Origin: a bacterium
GTDB lineage: Bacteria; Elusimicrobiota; Elusimicrobia; Elusimicrobiales; UBA9959
Reading direction: 5' to 3'
DNA: 64,000 bases
NCBI GenBank assembly: GCA_021811185.1
Contig: JAJZPL010000005.1
Coordinates: forward strand, 42,694 to 106,693
Shown one piece after another: positions 1-7,520 of the stretch; the stretch's first letter is position 1, and each line of letters opens with the position of its first letter. Under the pieces are notes generated by a model, which did no database searches, was not told where the DNA came from, and saw only the letters and a list, made by a program, of their open reading frames with translations. The translations under genes were made by a program, and so were the position numbers.

Positions 1-170
1 GCTATGTCCAGCCCGGCCGTTAATTTAGCGCCCGCCTCCTGCTCTGAAAAGGGGCCGGCGGCGTTCTTGAGCCCGCTGTAGCTCAGGTAGATGCCCGCCC
101 CGGCCGCGGCCAGGAACGCCAGCAGCAGCTTCAGCCGGAAAGGCAGATAGATCTTGACCGGAAATTGCAT
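1..170 (-). CDS. 5' part of a gene running off the window start; hydrophobic N-terminus (MQFPVKIYLPFRLKLLLAFLAAAGAGIYLS...)
   Basis: ATG at 170..168 read by eye on the minus strand, open to position 1. Not in the supplied track because it is truncated. Confidence 0.3.
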   Translation of the reverse strand, partial: MQFPVKIYLPFRLKLLLAFLAAAGAGIYLSYSGLKNAAGPFSEQEAGAKLTAGLDI

Positions 171-366
171 AATCCCCCCATTAGAACAGCCAAAAAACGA
201 GTCATTACGAATGAAATGCGACGGTAAACCGCGGCCGCCGGATCTTCCGCCGCGCCAGGTTTTTACCGTACTTCTTTTGCTAGTGACCCTAACCCCTTAG
301 GATGTACAAGAACGTTATTACTTTAAAAGTAATTTGTCAAATATATACGTGTTACCTTGTATATAT

Positions 367-402
367 AAAAAAACCCGCCGGTTTCCCGGCGGGCTTTTTT
401 TT
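367..402. terminator. Bidirectional intrinsic terminator
   Basis: A7 (367-373), stem CCCGCCGG (374-381) / CCGGCGGG (386-393), 4-nt loop, T8 (395-402). Lies directly downstream of the minus-strand CDS ending at 418. Confidence 0.75.
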
Positions 403-417
403 GACCGTGCGCCTTGC

Positions 418-1278
418 TTACTGGAAGAAGTACATGTTGACGAAGTAATTGTAGGTGGTGGTCCCGATTACGAAGGGAGGCGTTATCCTGGCGGTCCTGG
501 AGGCTATGAATTCCTTGTTGTTCTCGGCAAGGAATTTCTTGTAGTCGGCCAGCTTCAGGTTGATGCCGGCTTCGTCGGCCGCGAACTTGGACTTGAAGCC
601 GAGCAGCTTTCCGATGTAGACCATCGAGAAGGAAGCGTCCTGTTTTACGATCGTGACCGCGTTTGCGAGCAGGTCGAAGTCTATGTCATCGCCGTTCTTG
701 AGCTGGCGCAGCTGGGCTTCGTGGTCGGCGTTCTCGTCAGGCTTGGTCAGGTAATAGATGTTGAAGGTGGGCCTGAAGATCTCGTTCTTGATGTTGAACG
801 CGGCTATCGGGGTCATCCCGGCCTGTTCGAGCGGCTCGAGCAGTTCGTGCTTGAGCTTTTCCATGGCGGGAACGTTAAGGGCGTCGTAGGTCATCCCTTC
901 GGCCAGGAACGTGCGCACTACGCGGCCGTCGGGGGATTCGTACTTGAGGATGCCGAACTCGTTCTTGTATTCGGTGCCGGTGACCTTGATGCCGAATTTG
1001 TTCAGGATCGGGGTCCACATATCGGTGAACTCTTTGAATTCGGCCTCGGTCTTGGCGTAGGTGAAGAGCTGGCTCTTGGCGGCCTGGGCGAGCAGGTTGA
1101 GCTTGGTGATCTCGCCGGAGACATGGCCGCATTTGGCGGACACGGGGGCCGTTATGGACGGCGCGGGAAGTTCTATCCTGGAAGCTTTGATCTCGCTGAT
1201 GGAGAGGTCCTTAAGTTCGGCCGCGTGGGCGGACGATACGCAGAACGCTGCGGCTGCTATGATGGCTAATGTTTTCAT
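418..1278 (-). CDS. Secreted hypothetical protein (286 aa)
   Basis: Track ORF. N-terminal signal peptide MKTLAIIAAAAFCVSSAHA. AGGAGG SD upstream of the ATG. No recognisable catalytic motif. Confidence 0.75.
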   Translation of the reverse strand: MKTLAIIAAAAFCVSSAHAAELKDLSISEIKASRIELPAPSITAPVSAKCGHVSGEITKLNLLAQAAKSQLFTYAKTEAEFKEFTDMWTPILNKFGIKVTGTEYKNEFGILKYESPDGRVVRTFLAEGMTYDALNVPAMEKLKHELLEPLEQAGMTPIAAFNIKNEIFRPTFNIYYLTKPDENADHEAQLRQLKNGDDIDFDLLANAVTIVKQDASFSMVYIGKLLGFKSKFAADEAGINLKLADYKKFLAENNKEFIASRTARITPPFVIGTTTYNYFVNMYFFQ

Positions 1279-1395
1279 TTACTGCCTCCTAGTCGAAACT
1301 TTACATTCATATACTACATCTTTCTCCGGCGTTGAGATAGGTCTAAAGGACCTCCGCCGGACATGGGTCACAGGGCCTATGATCTTAGTCAACTG

Positions 1396-2106
1396 TCAGG
1401 CTTCGGGCTGCGGCTGCTCAGGGGCCGGCGCGGGCAGCGCCAGCAGGAAGTTGTAGGCGCGGGCCATTACCAGGTTCAGCCAGGGAAGGAAGACCAGGGT
1501 CTTGAGGACGGTCGAGGTGATTATCCAGGGCCGCAGGTCCATGACAACCCGCGGGTCCTTTAGCGGGTCGCTGATCAGCGCGATATCCGGGGCCGCGTTG
1601 ACCAGGATGGTAAGCAGCAAAACGGGGAACAGGCGGGTTTTCCACCCCAGGGTGAGCCGGCCGCTCAGGCGGAAAGACTCCTTTATTCCCGTGCCGCGGT
1701 CCAGCAGGAAATATTCGCTGAAGCCGTAGGTGAGGTAGATCGCCAGCCCCGGCAGAATGAAAGCCAGCAGGCCGGCCAGCGTCGCCAGGCCCAGCCCGAC
1801 GTTGATGGCCAGCGCCTTGTGGTAGACCGGGAAGGCGCTGAACAGGTCCTTGAAGCGCGCCCTGCCGGTCCTCGCCATGTTGATATAGACCAGGACCGCG
1901 CCTGTGGAGAGCGGGGTCACGACCAGCAGCATGTACGCGGCCGCCTGGGTCAGGGAATGATAATGATGGATAAGCCAGAAGACGCCGGCGGTGGCGCCGG
2001 TCTGGACCAGCAGCACCGGCAGCAGCCAGGGAAAGCCGTCGGTGAAGTCGTACCAGGCGCGGGTGAACCAGGCTAAGGATGCCTGATCTTTTTCAATGCT
2101 TTCCAT
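1396..2106 (-). CDS. Integral membrane protein, function unknown (236 aa)
   Basis: Track ORF with several hydrophobic segments. Start overlaps the lipA stop by 14 nt, suggesting an operon. Confidence 0.7.
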   Translation of the reverse strand: MESIEKDQASLAWFTRAWYDFTDGFPWLLPVLLVQTGATAGVFWLIHHYHSLTQAAAYMLLVVTPLSTGAVLVYINMARTGRARFKDLFSAFPVYHKALAINVGLGLATLAGLLAFILPGLAIYLTYGFSEYFLLDRGTGIKESFRLSGRLTLGWKTRLFPVLLLTILVNAAPDIALISDPLKDPRVVMDLRPWIITSTVLKTLVFLPWLNLVMARAYNFLLALPAPAPEQPQPEA

Positions 2107-2974
2107 TTTTTGCCTCGCCGTACAGGCTGCCTGCCCGGTAGGAACTGCGTACCAGCGGCCCCGAGAGCACCGCTTTGAACCCCGCCGCCCGGGCTTTTTC
2201 CCCCCAGGCTGCGAATTCTTCCTGCGTGTAATATTTTTCCACCGGCCTGTGGCTTTTCGACGGGGCCAGGTACTGGCCGAGCGTGAGCAGGTCGCAATGA
2301 TGCTCCACCAGGTCGCCCATCGTGCGCTCTATCTCTTCCGGGGTTTCCCCCAGGCCCAGCATGATGCCGGACTTTGTAAGGATGTCGGGCCTCAGTTTCT
2401 TGGAATTGGAAAGCACGCTGAGCGAGCGGCCGTAGTCCGCGCCGGCGCGGGCGCGGGAGTAGAGGCCGGCCGCCATCTCGATATTATGGCCGAGCACGTC
2501 GGGGTTGGACGCCAGGATGGTTCCCAGCGCCTTTATATCGCCCTGCAGGTCGGGGATCAGCGGCTCGGTCTTTATGCCGGGCGAGAGTTCTTTGATCAGC
2601 CGGTTGGTCTCGGCGAAGTGCGCGGCCCCGCCGTCGGGCAGGTCGTCGCGCGTGGGAGAGGTGAAGACCACGTACTTGAGTTTCCACTGCCGGCAGAGTT
2701 CGGCCGCGCGCCGCGGTTCGCCGGCGTCCGGCGGCAGCGGCTTGTCTTTTTTTACGGCGCAGAAGCCGCAGCGGCGGGTGCAGATGTCGCCGAGGATCAG
2801 GAAGGTGGCTTCGCCTTCGGAGAAGCACTTGCCCTTGTTGGGGCAGCGGGCCTCGTCGCAGACGGTGTGCAGCGCGCGCGCCGAAAGCTCCGCCGCGGTG
2901 CCTGCCGCGGCGGGGTTGCGGAGCCCCGCCTTGTTCAGGCGGACCTCGTCGACGATCCATTTAGGGTAGATCAT
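2093..2974 (-). CDS. lipA: Lipoyl synthase
   Basis: Radical-SAM CTRRCGFCAV and auxiliary cluster motif CPNKGKC. ATGA overlap with the aspS stop. Confidence 0.93.
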   Translation of the reverse strand: MIYPKWIVDEVRLNKAGLRNPAAAGTAAELSARALHTVCDEARCPNKGKCFSEGEATFLILGDICTRRCGFCAVKKDKPLPPDAGEPRRAAELCRQWKLKYVVFTSPTRDDLPDGGAAHFAETNRLIKELSPGIKTEPLIPDLQGDIKALGTILASNPDVLGHNIEMAAGLYSRARAGADYGRSLSVLSNSKKLRPDILTKSGIMLGLGETPEEIERTMGDLVEHHCDLLTLGQYLAPSKSHRPVEKYYTQEEFAAWGEKARAAGFKAVLSGPLVRSSYRAGSLYGEAKNGKH

Positions 2975-4749
2975 TCCACTATCTTGAGGTGCAGCTCTTT
3001 CAGCTGCCGCTCGTCCAGCTTGGCCGGGGCGTCGCTCATCAGGCAGGCGCCGCTGGTGGTCTTGGGGAAAGCGATCACGTCGCGGATGGAGTCCGTGCCG
3101 CAGATGATGCCGATCAGGCGGTCGTAGCCCATGCCGATGCCGCCGTGCGGGGGCGCGCCGTAGTCCATCGCGTTAACTATCATGCCGAACCGGCTCTGCA
3201 CCTGCGCCTTGTCGTAGCCCATCAGCGCGAAGATCTTCTCCTGCAGGGCGCGGGTGTGGTTCCGGACGGAGCCGGAGCCCAGCTCCACGCCGTTCAGCAC
3301 CAGGTCGTACTGGGCCGAGCGGACGTTGCCGGGGTCGGTGTCCAGCTTGTGCTCCTCTTCGGGCAGCGGGGCGGTGAAGGGGTTGTGCGTGAAGGTCCAG
3401 TTGCCGGTCTCGGCGTCCTTCTCGAGCAGCGGGAAATGGCGTACCCACAGGAAGGCCCATTTCTTCAACTGCGCGGGTTTCAGGCGGGCTATCAGCTCGG
3501 TCCTGAGCGCGCCCAGGCAGGGGGCGGCTACGGCGGCTTTGTCGGCGGCTATGAAAACGGCGTCGCCGTCCTTTACTTCCAGCAGGTCTTTCAGCGCGGC
3601 CTGCTCGGCGTCGCTGAAGAATTTGAGCGTGGGGGATTCCCACTTGCCTTCCTTGAAGCGCAGCCACACCAGGCCTTTGGCGCCGTGCTTCTTTACCAGG
3701 TCGGTCAGCTTGTCCATGTCGCTGCGGGAGAACACGGCTCCCCCCTCGCCTTTTATGGCGCGCACCACGCCGCCTTCGGCGAGCGCGCCGGAGAACACCT
3801 TGAACTGGGAGTCCTTGAACAGGGCGGAGCAGTCCTTTATTTCGAGCGCGTAGCGGAGGTCGGGCTTGTCGATGCCGTACTTGAGCATCACGTCGGAGAA
3901 TTCCATTTCGGGGAACGGGCCGGCTACCGTCTCGCCCAGGTAGGCGAAGACGTCCTTCATCATGCCTTCCACCACGCGGGCGATGTCCTGCTCGTCCACG
4001 AAGGACATCTCCAGGTCGATCTGGGTGTGCTCGGGCTGGCGGTCGGAGCGGAGCTCCTCGTCGCGGAAGTTGCGGGCCAGCTGGAAGTAGCGGTCCATGC
4101 CGCTCATCATCAGCACCTGCTTGAACTGCTGCGGGGACTGGGGCAGGGCGTAGAACTCGCCGGGGTTGCTGCGGGACGGGACTACGAAGTCGCGCGCGCC
4201 TTCGGGCGTGGAGCGGGTGAGCATCGGGGTTTCGATCTCGTTGAAGTCGAGGTTGTACAGGTAGTTGCGGATAACCTGGGAGAGGCGGCTCCTGAGCACC
4301 ATGTTCTTGGCCATCGCCGGGCGGCGCAGGTCGAGAAAGCGGTACTTCAGGCGGGTCTCTTCGGACACGCCGGCGTGCTCGCCGAGGTCGAACGGCAGCG
4401 GCAGGGAGGCGTTCAGGACCTGTATTTCAGAGGCTTCCAGCTCTATCTCGCCGGTGGGCATGTTCTTGTTGGCGTTGGAGCCGGGGCGGAGCGTCACCTT
4501 GCCGGTCACGCGCAGCACGTATTCGCTCTTGGTCTCTTCGGCTATTTTGAAGACGGGGCTGTCCGGCCGGGCGACGACCTGGGTGACGCCGTAAAGGTCG
4601 CGCAGGTTCAGGAACACCACGCCGCCGTGGTTGCGCTTGGAGTCCATCCAGCCGGAAAGGGTCACGGTCTGGCCGGCGTTGGCGGCGGTGAGTTCGCCGC
4701 AGGTGTGCGTGCGGAGGGCGGTGGTTTTTGAAGTATTCGTTGTTGTCAT
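2971..4749 (-). CDS. aspS: Aspartate--tRNA ligase
   Basis: Class II motifs (QSPQQFKQ, GGIGMGYDRL). Track ORF starts at a TTG at 4899; trimmed to the ATG at 4749 (MTTTNTSK...), giving 592 aa, typical for bacterial AspRS. Confidence 0.93.
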   Translation of the reverse strand: MTTTNTSKTTALRTHTCGELTAANAGQTVTLSGWMDSKRNHGGVVFLNLRDLYGVTQVVARPDSPVFKIAEETKSEYVLRVTGKVTLRPGSNANKNMPTGEIELEASEIQVLNASLPLPFDLGEHAGVSEETRLKYRFLDLRRPAMAKNMVLRSRLSQVIRNYLYNLDFNEIETPMLTRSTPEGARDFVVPSRSNPGEFYALPQSPQQFKQVLMMSGMDRYFQLARNFRDEELRSDRQPEHTQIDLEMSFVDEQDIARVVEGMMKDVFAYLGETVAGPFPEMEFSDVMLKYGIDKPDLRYALEIKDCSALFKDSQFKVFSGALAEGGVVRAIKGEGGAVFSRSDMDKLTDLVKKHGAKGLVWLRFKEGKWESPTLKFFSDAEQAALKDLLEVKDGDAVFIAADKAAVAAPCLGALRTELIARLKPAQLKKWAFLWVRHFPLLEKDAETGNWTFTHNPFTAPLPEEEHKLDTDPGNVRSAQYDLVLNGVELGSGSVRNHTRALQEKIFALMGYDKAQVQSRFGMIVNAMDYGAPPHGGIGMGYDRLIGIICGTDSIRDVIAFPKTTSGACLMSDAPAKLDERQLKELHLKIVE

Positions 4750-4802
4750 TTTTGTTAGCCTCTTAAATAGTTTTGGGTTCGCTGCCGCAAGATAGCCCAG
4801 TC

Positions 4803-4932
4803 GGGTGACGTCCGGGGGATACCCCTGCCCACCCGGGCCGAGGGAACCCTTGCGTCGGTTCCCCCCGCCTAACTTTGATGGCGGGGCCCCCCTCCGCAAC
4901 GGGTGTTCAGGGGTATCCCCCGGCCATCACCC
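4803..4932. repeat. Compound GC-rich hairpin element (copy C)
   Basis: GGGTGA/TCACCC plus a 16-bp perfect stem CCGGGGGATACCCCTG (4812-4827) / CAGGGGTATCCCCCGG (4908-4923). Inner closing stem CACCCG/CGGGTG. Two internal hairpins (4842-4863 and 4864-4885). Confidence 0.6.
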
Positions 4933-4942
4933 TCCAGCAAAA

Positions 4943-6202
4943 TTATAAGTTTTTACGTTCTAATAACTCTTTTATCTTCGCCGGGGCATCGGATACCGGG
5001 ACGGTGAACTGTTCGCCTTTTTCTTTGAGCGGCTTCACGGTAACGGTGCCGGCTTTTACTTCGTCCTCGCCTATGATCAGCGCGAACGCGGCGCCGCTCT
5101 TGTCGGCGGAACGCATCTGTGACTTCAGGCTGAGCGTGAGGTTGGAGGAATCGGCGCTGATGCCCGCGGCGCGCAGCGCGGCCAGCAGGCGGAAGGCCTG
5201 GTCCTGGGCGTCGGCGGAAGCCGAGACTATAAAGGTCTTGGGCGAGCCGTCGATCGCGAGCTTGTCCTTTAGCAGCATGGCCACGCGGTCCACGCCCATG
5301 CCCCAGCCTATGGCCGGGGCGGCGGGGCCGCCCATGGATTTAACCAGGTCGTCGTAACGGCCGCCGGCGGCTACGGCGTCCTGGCTCCCGAGCGCGGTGG
5401 TCTTTACTTCGAAGACGGTGCGGGTGTAGTAGTCGAGGCCGCGCACCAGGCTGGGATTTACTTTGTAATTTACCCCCGCCATCGTCAGCAGCTGCTGCGT
5501 GCGGGCGAAGTGCTCGGCGCAGGCCGGGCAGAGGGCGAGCTTGGGCGCTTTCTCGGCCAGCGCTGGGCCGTCGGTCTTGCAGTCGAGCGCGCGCAGCGGG
5601 TTGCGTTCGATCCTGCCTTTGCAGGGTTCGCAGAGGGTGGCGGCGTTGAGGCGCAGGTAGGCGAGCAGGGTTTCGCGGTAGACCTTGCGGCACTCCGCGC
5701 AGCCCAGGGAATTGATCTCCACGGAGCAGCCTTCCACCCCTACCTTTTCAAGCAGCTTGACCAGCATGGCGATGGTCTCGGCGTCGGCGAACGGCGCGGC
5801 GTTGCCGATGTGTTCTACGTCTATCTGTTCGAATTCGCGGTAGCGGCCGGCCTGCGGGCGCTCGGCCCGGAACATGCTGCCCATGTAGAAATACTTGGCG
5901 TTGCGGCCGGTCTGGCTCAGATTCTGCTCGATATAGGCGCGCACCATGCCGGGGGTGCCTTCGGGGCGCACGGCAACTTCGCGGCCCCCGCCGTCGGTGA
6001 AGGCGTACATTTCTTTCTCTACTATGTCGGTGGTGTCGCCGGTGGATTTAACGAACAGTTCTTTGAGTTCTATGGTGGGGATGCGCAGTTCCTGGTAGCC
6101 GTACAGCGCGAACACTTCGCGGGCGGCGGCCTCTATGCCGGCGAACAGCGCGGCGTCGGCCGGGAGCAGGTCCCGGAAGCCCCGGAGGGAATGTACGCTC
6201 AT
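4943..6202 (-). CDS. hisS: Histidine--tRNA ligase
   Basis: GFRDLLP, EVAVRPEGT and GGGRYD motifs; 419 aa. Confidence 0.95.
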   Translation of the reverse strand: MSVHSLRGFRDLLPADAALFAGIEAAAREVFALYGYQELRIPTIELKELFVKSTGDTTDIVEKEMYAFTDGGGREVAVRPEGTPGMVRAYIEQNLSQTGRNAKYFYMGSMFRAERPQAGRYREFEQIDVEHIGNAAPFADAETIAMLVKLLEKVGVEGCSVEINSLGCAECRKVYRETLLAYLRLNAATLCEPCKGRIERNPLRALDCKTDGPALAEKAPKLALCPACAEHFARTQQLLTMAGVNYKVNPSLVRGLDYYTRTVFEVKTTALGSQDAVAAGGRYDDLVKSMGGPAAPAIGWGMGVDRVAMLLKDKLAIDGSPKTFIVSASADAQDQAFRLLAALRAAGISADSSNLTLSLKSQMRSADKSGAAFALIIGEDEVKAGTVTVKPLKEKGEQFTVPVSDAPAKIKELLERKNL

Positions 6203-6873
6203 GAGGCGTTCCCTGCGATGGATTTAAGGCGGACCTGGTCCAGGATGATCAGTTCGCCGCGGCGGTAGTCTATGACGCCGCTGCGCTTCAGGGTGTTGAT
6301 GGCGCGGCAGACCGGCACGCGCGTGGTCCCCAGGTACTGGGCCAGCTCGCTCTGGTTTATGGCCATTTTCACAGGCTTGGTGTGCTTTTCCTTTGAAAGG
6401 TCCAGGATGGCCGCGGCCAGCCGCCCCAGGATGTTGTGGAACAGCATCGACTCCACTTCCTGGTTGCACTTGTTCAGCCGCTCCACCAGGGTGTGCAGCA
6501 GCTTAAGCGTGAAATCCGGGTTCTCGAGGATCAGGCGCTTGAAGTTCTTCTTGGAGATCACGAAGAGCTCGCTGTCCTCCACGGTCTGCGCGGAGGCGGA
6601 GCGCACCTTGCCGCCCAAGAGCGACATTTCGCCGAAGAAATCGCCTTTCTTGAGGAACGCGAACGTCTTCCTTTTCTCGGGGCCCACGGTGGTGAAGATC
6701 TTGATGTGGCCGGATTTAACTATGAAGAAATTGTCCCCGAGGTCCTGTTTTGCGAACACCATCTCCCCGGCCTTGTAGGATTTAACGCCCGCTATGGCGA
6801 GCACCTGTCCGATTTCCTTAGGTGACAGGCCCTTGAAATACTCGACTTGTTTCAGCGCGCTGGTATTTATCAT
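6199..6873 (-). CDS. Crp/Fnr-family transcriptional regulator (cNMP-binding domain plus C-terminal HTH)
   Basis: FFGEMSLL beta-roll motif and HTH SELAQYLGTTRVPVCRAINTLKRSG. Trimmed from the track ORF (7338) to the ATG at 6873, which overlaps the upstream TAA (TAATG). Confidence 0.85.
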   Translation of the reverse strand: MINTSALKQVEYFKGLSPKEIGQVLAIAGVKSYKAGEMVFAKQDLGDNFFIVKSGHIKIFTTVGPEKRKTFAFLKKGDFFGEMSLLGGKVRSASAQTVEDSELFVISKKNFKRLILENPDFTLKLLHTLVERLNKCNQEVESMLFHNILGRLAAAILDLSKEKHTKPVKMAINQSELAQYLGTTRVPVCRAINTLKRSGVIDYRRGELIILDQVRLKSIAGNAS

Positions 6874-7454
6874 TATTTTTTCTCCGCCATCTGCATGCCG
6901 CACTTGGGGCATTTTCCGGGCTTGTCGGACGTGGCGCAGCCCATCGGGCAGGCGTATCTTCTGGCGGCTTTGGCCTGCTTTTTGACCTGTTTCGCGGGTG
7001 CGGCCTTCATATGCTCCCGGGCGGAGGCCTCCTGGATCTTTTTGACGACCTCGGGAGTCTTGCCGGTTATCAGCACTTTCGCGCCGTCGGCGGTATTCTC
7101 CAGCCTGCTCTCCGCGCCTTCCACGCGGCCGGGGCAGGCGGGGTCCATGGTTTCCTTGTTGCCGTAGTGTACCACGGCCAGCTCCTGCAGCCTGGCCACG
7201 GTTTCCGCGTCCCTGGCGGTCATGGTGATCTCTATGCCGTCGGGAATATTCTTTGACGCGGTAGTAACGCCGGGGATCTGTTCGGGGCACATCCTGCCTG
7301 AGCACTTTTTGGCGCCGGCCTTCTTGTGCATCGGGCAATCGCCGCAGTCCTCTTTGGGGGCGGCGGCTTTAACTTTGGCGGGGGCGTCGACGGCGAAAGC
7401 CGCGCCGGCGCCTACCGCAAGCGCCGCTATGCAAATAAATATGGTCTTTTTCAT
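6873..7454 (-). CDS. Periplasmic Cys-rich putative metal-binding protein with a C-terminal heavy-metal-binding zinc-ribbon-like motif
   Basis: Signal peptide MKKTIFICIAALAVGAGAAFA. CGDCPMH and CPMGCATSDKPGKCPKCGMQM resemble the YYCPMH...CPICGM module at the N-terminus of the adjacent CusB-like protein. Confidence 0.7.
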   Translation of the reverse strand: MKKTIFICIAALAVGAGAAFAVDAPAKVKAAAPKEDCGDCPMHKKAGAKKCSGRMCPEQIPGVTTASKNIPDGIEITMTARDAETVARLQELAVVHYGNKETMDPACPGRVEGAESRLENTADGAKVLITGKTPEVVKKIQEASAREHMKAAPAKQVKKQAKAARRYACPMGCATSDKPGKCPKCGMQMAEKK

Positions 7455-7520
7455 TTTTCCTCCGGCTGTGCTTTGCTTTGATAATTATATAAATTTTGAA
7501 GCTGACCCCGGCGCCCGGCG

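Noticed and set aside
2989-4731. 580-aa plus-strand ORF covering almost all of aspS
   Set aside because: It is antisense to a gene with unmistakable AspRS motifs. Its translation is low-complexity and G/A/V/L/H/R-rich, with no recognisable domain. This is a typical shadow ORF of GC-rich DNA.
4785-4830. tRNA-like reading of the shared flank GATAGCCCAGTC(A)GGG as a D-arm (GCCC-AGTCAG-GGGC)
   Set aside because: In copy A a D-stem can be drawn, but there is no anticodon arm or GGTTCGAATCC-type T-arm downstream. In copy C even the D-stem fails. This is not a tRNA or an obvious tRNA remnant.
4750-4899. N-terminal extensions of track ORFs: aspS to 4899, Crp/Fnr to 7338, cusC to 13365, rsmH to 31255, rsmG to 34237, khpB to 39435, tsf from 53240, frr from 55446
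   Set aside because: The extensions begin at alternative or distant start codons and cover intergenic repeats or upstream genes. They precede internal ATGs that have good SDs and give family-typical N-termini and lengths.
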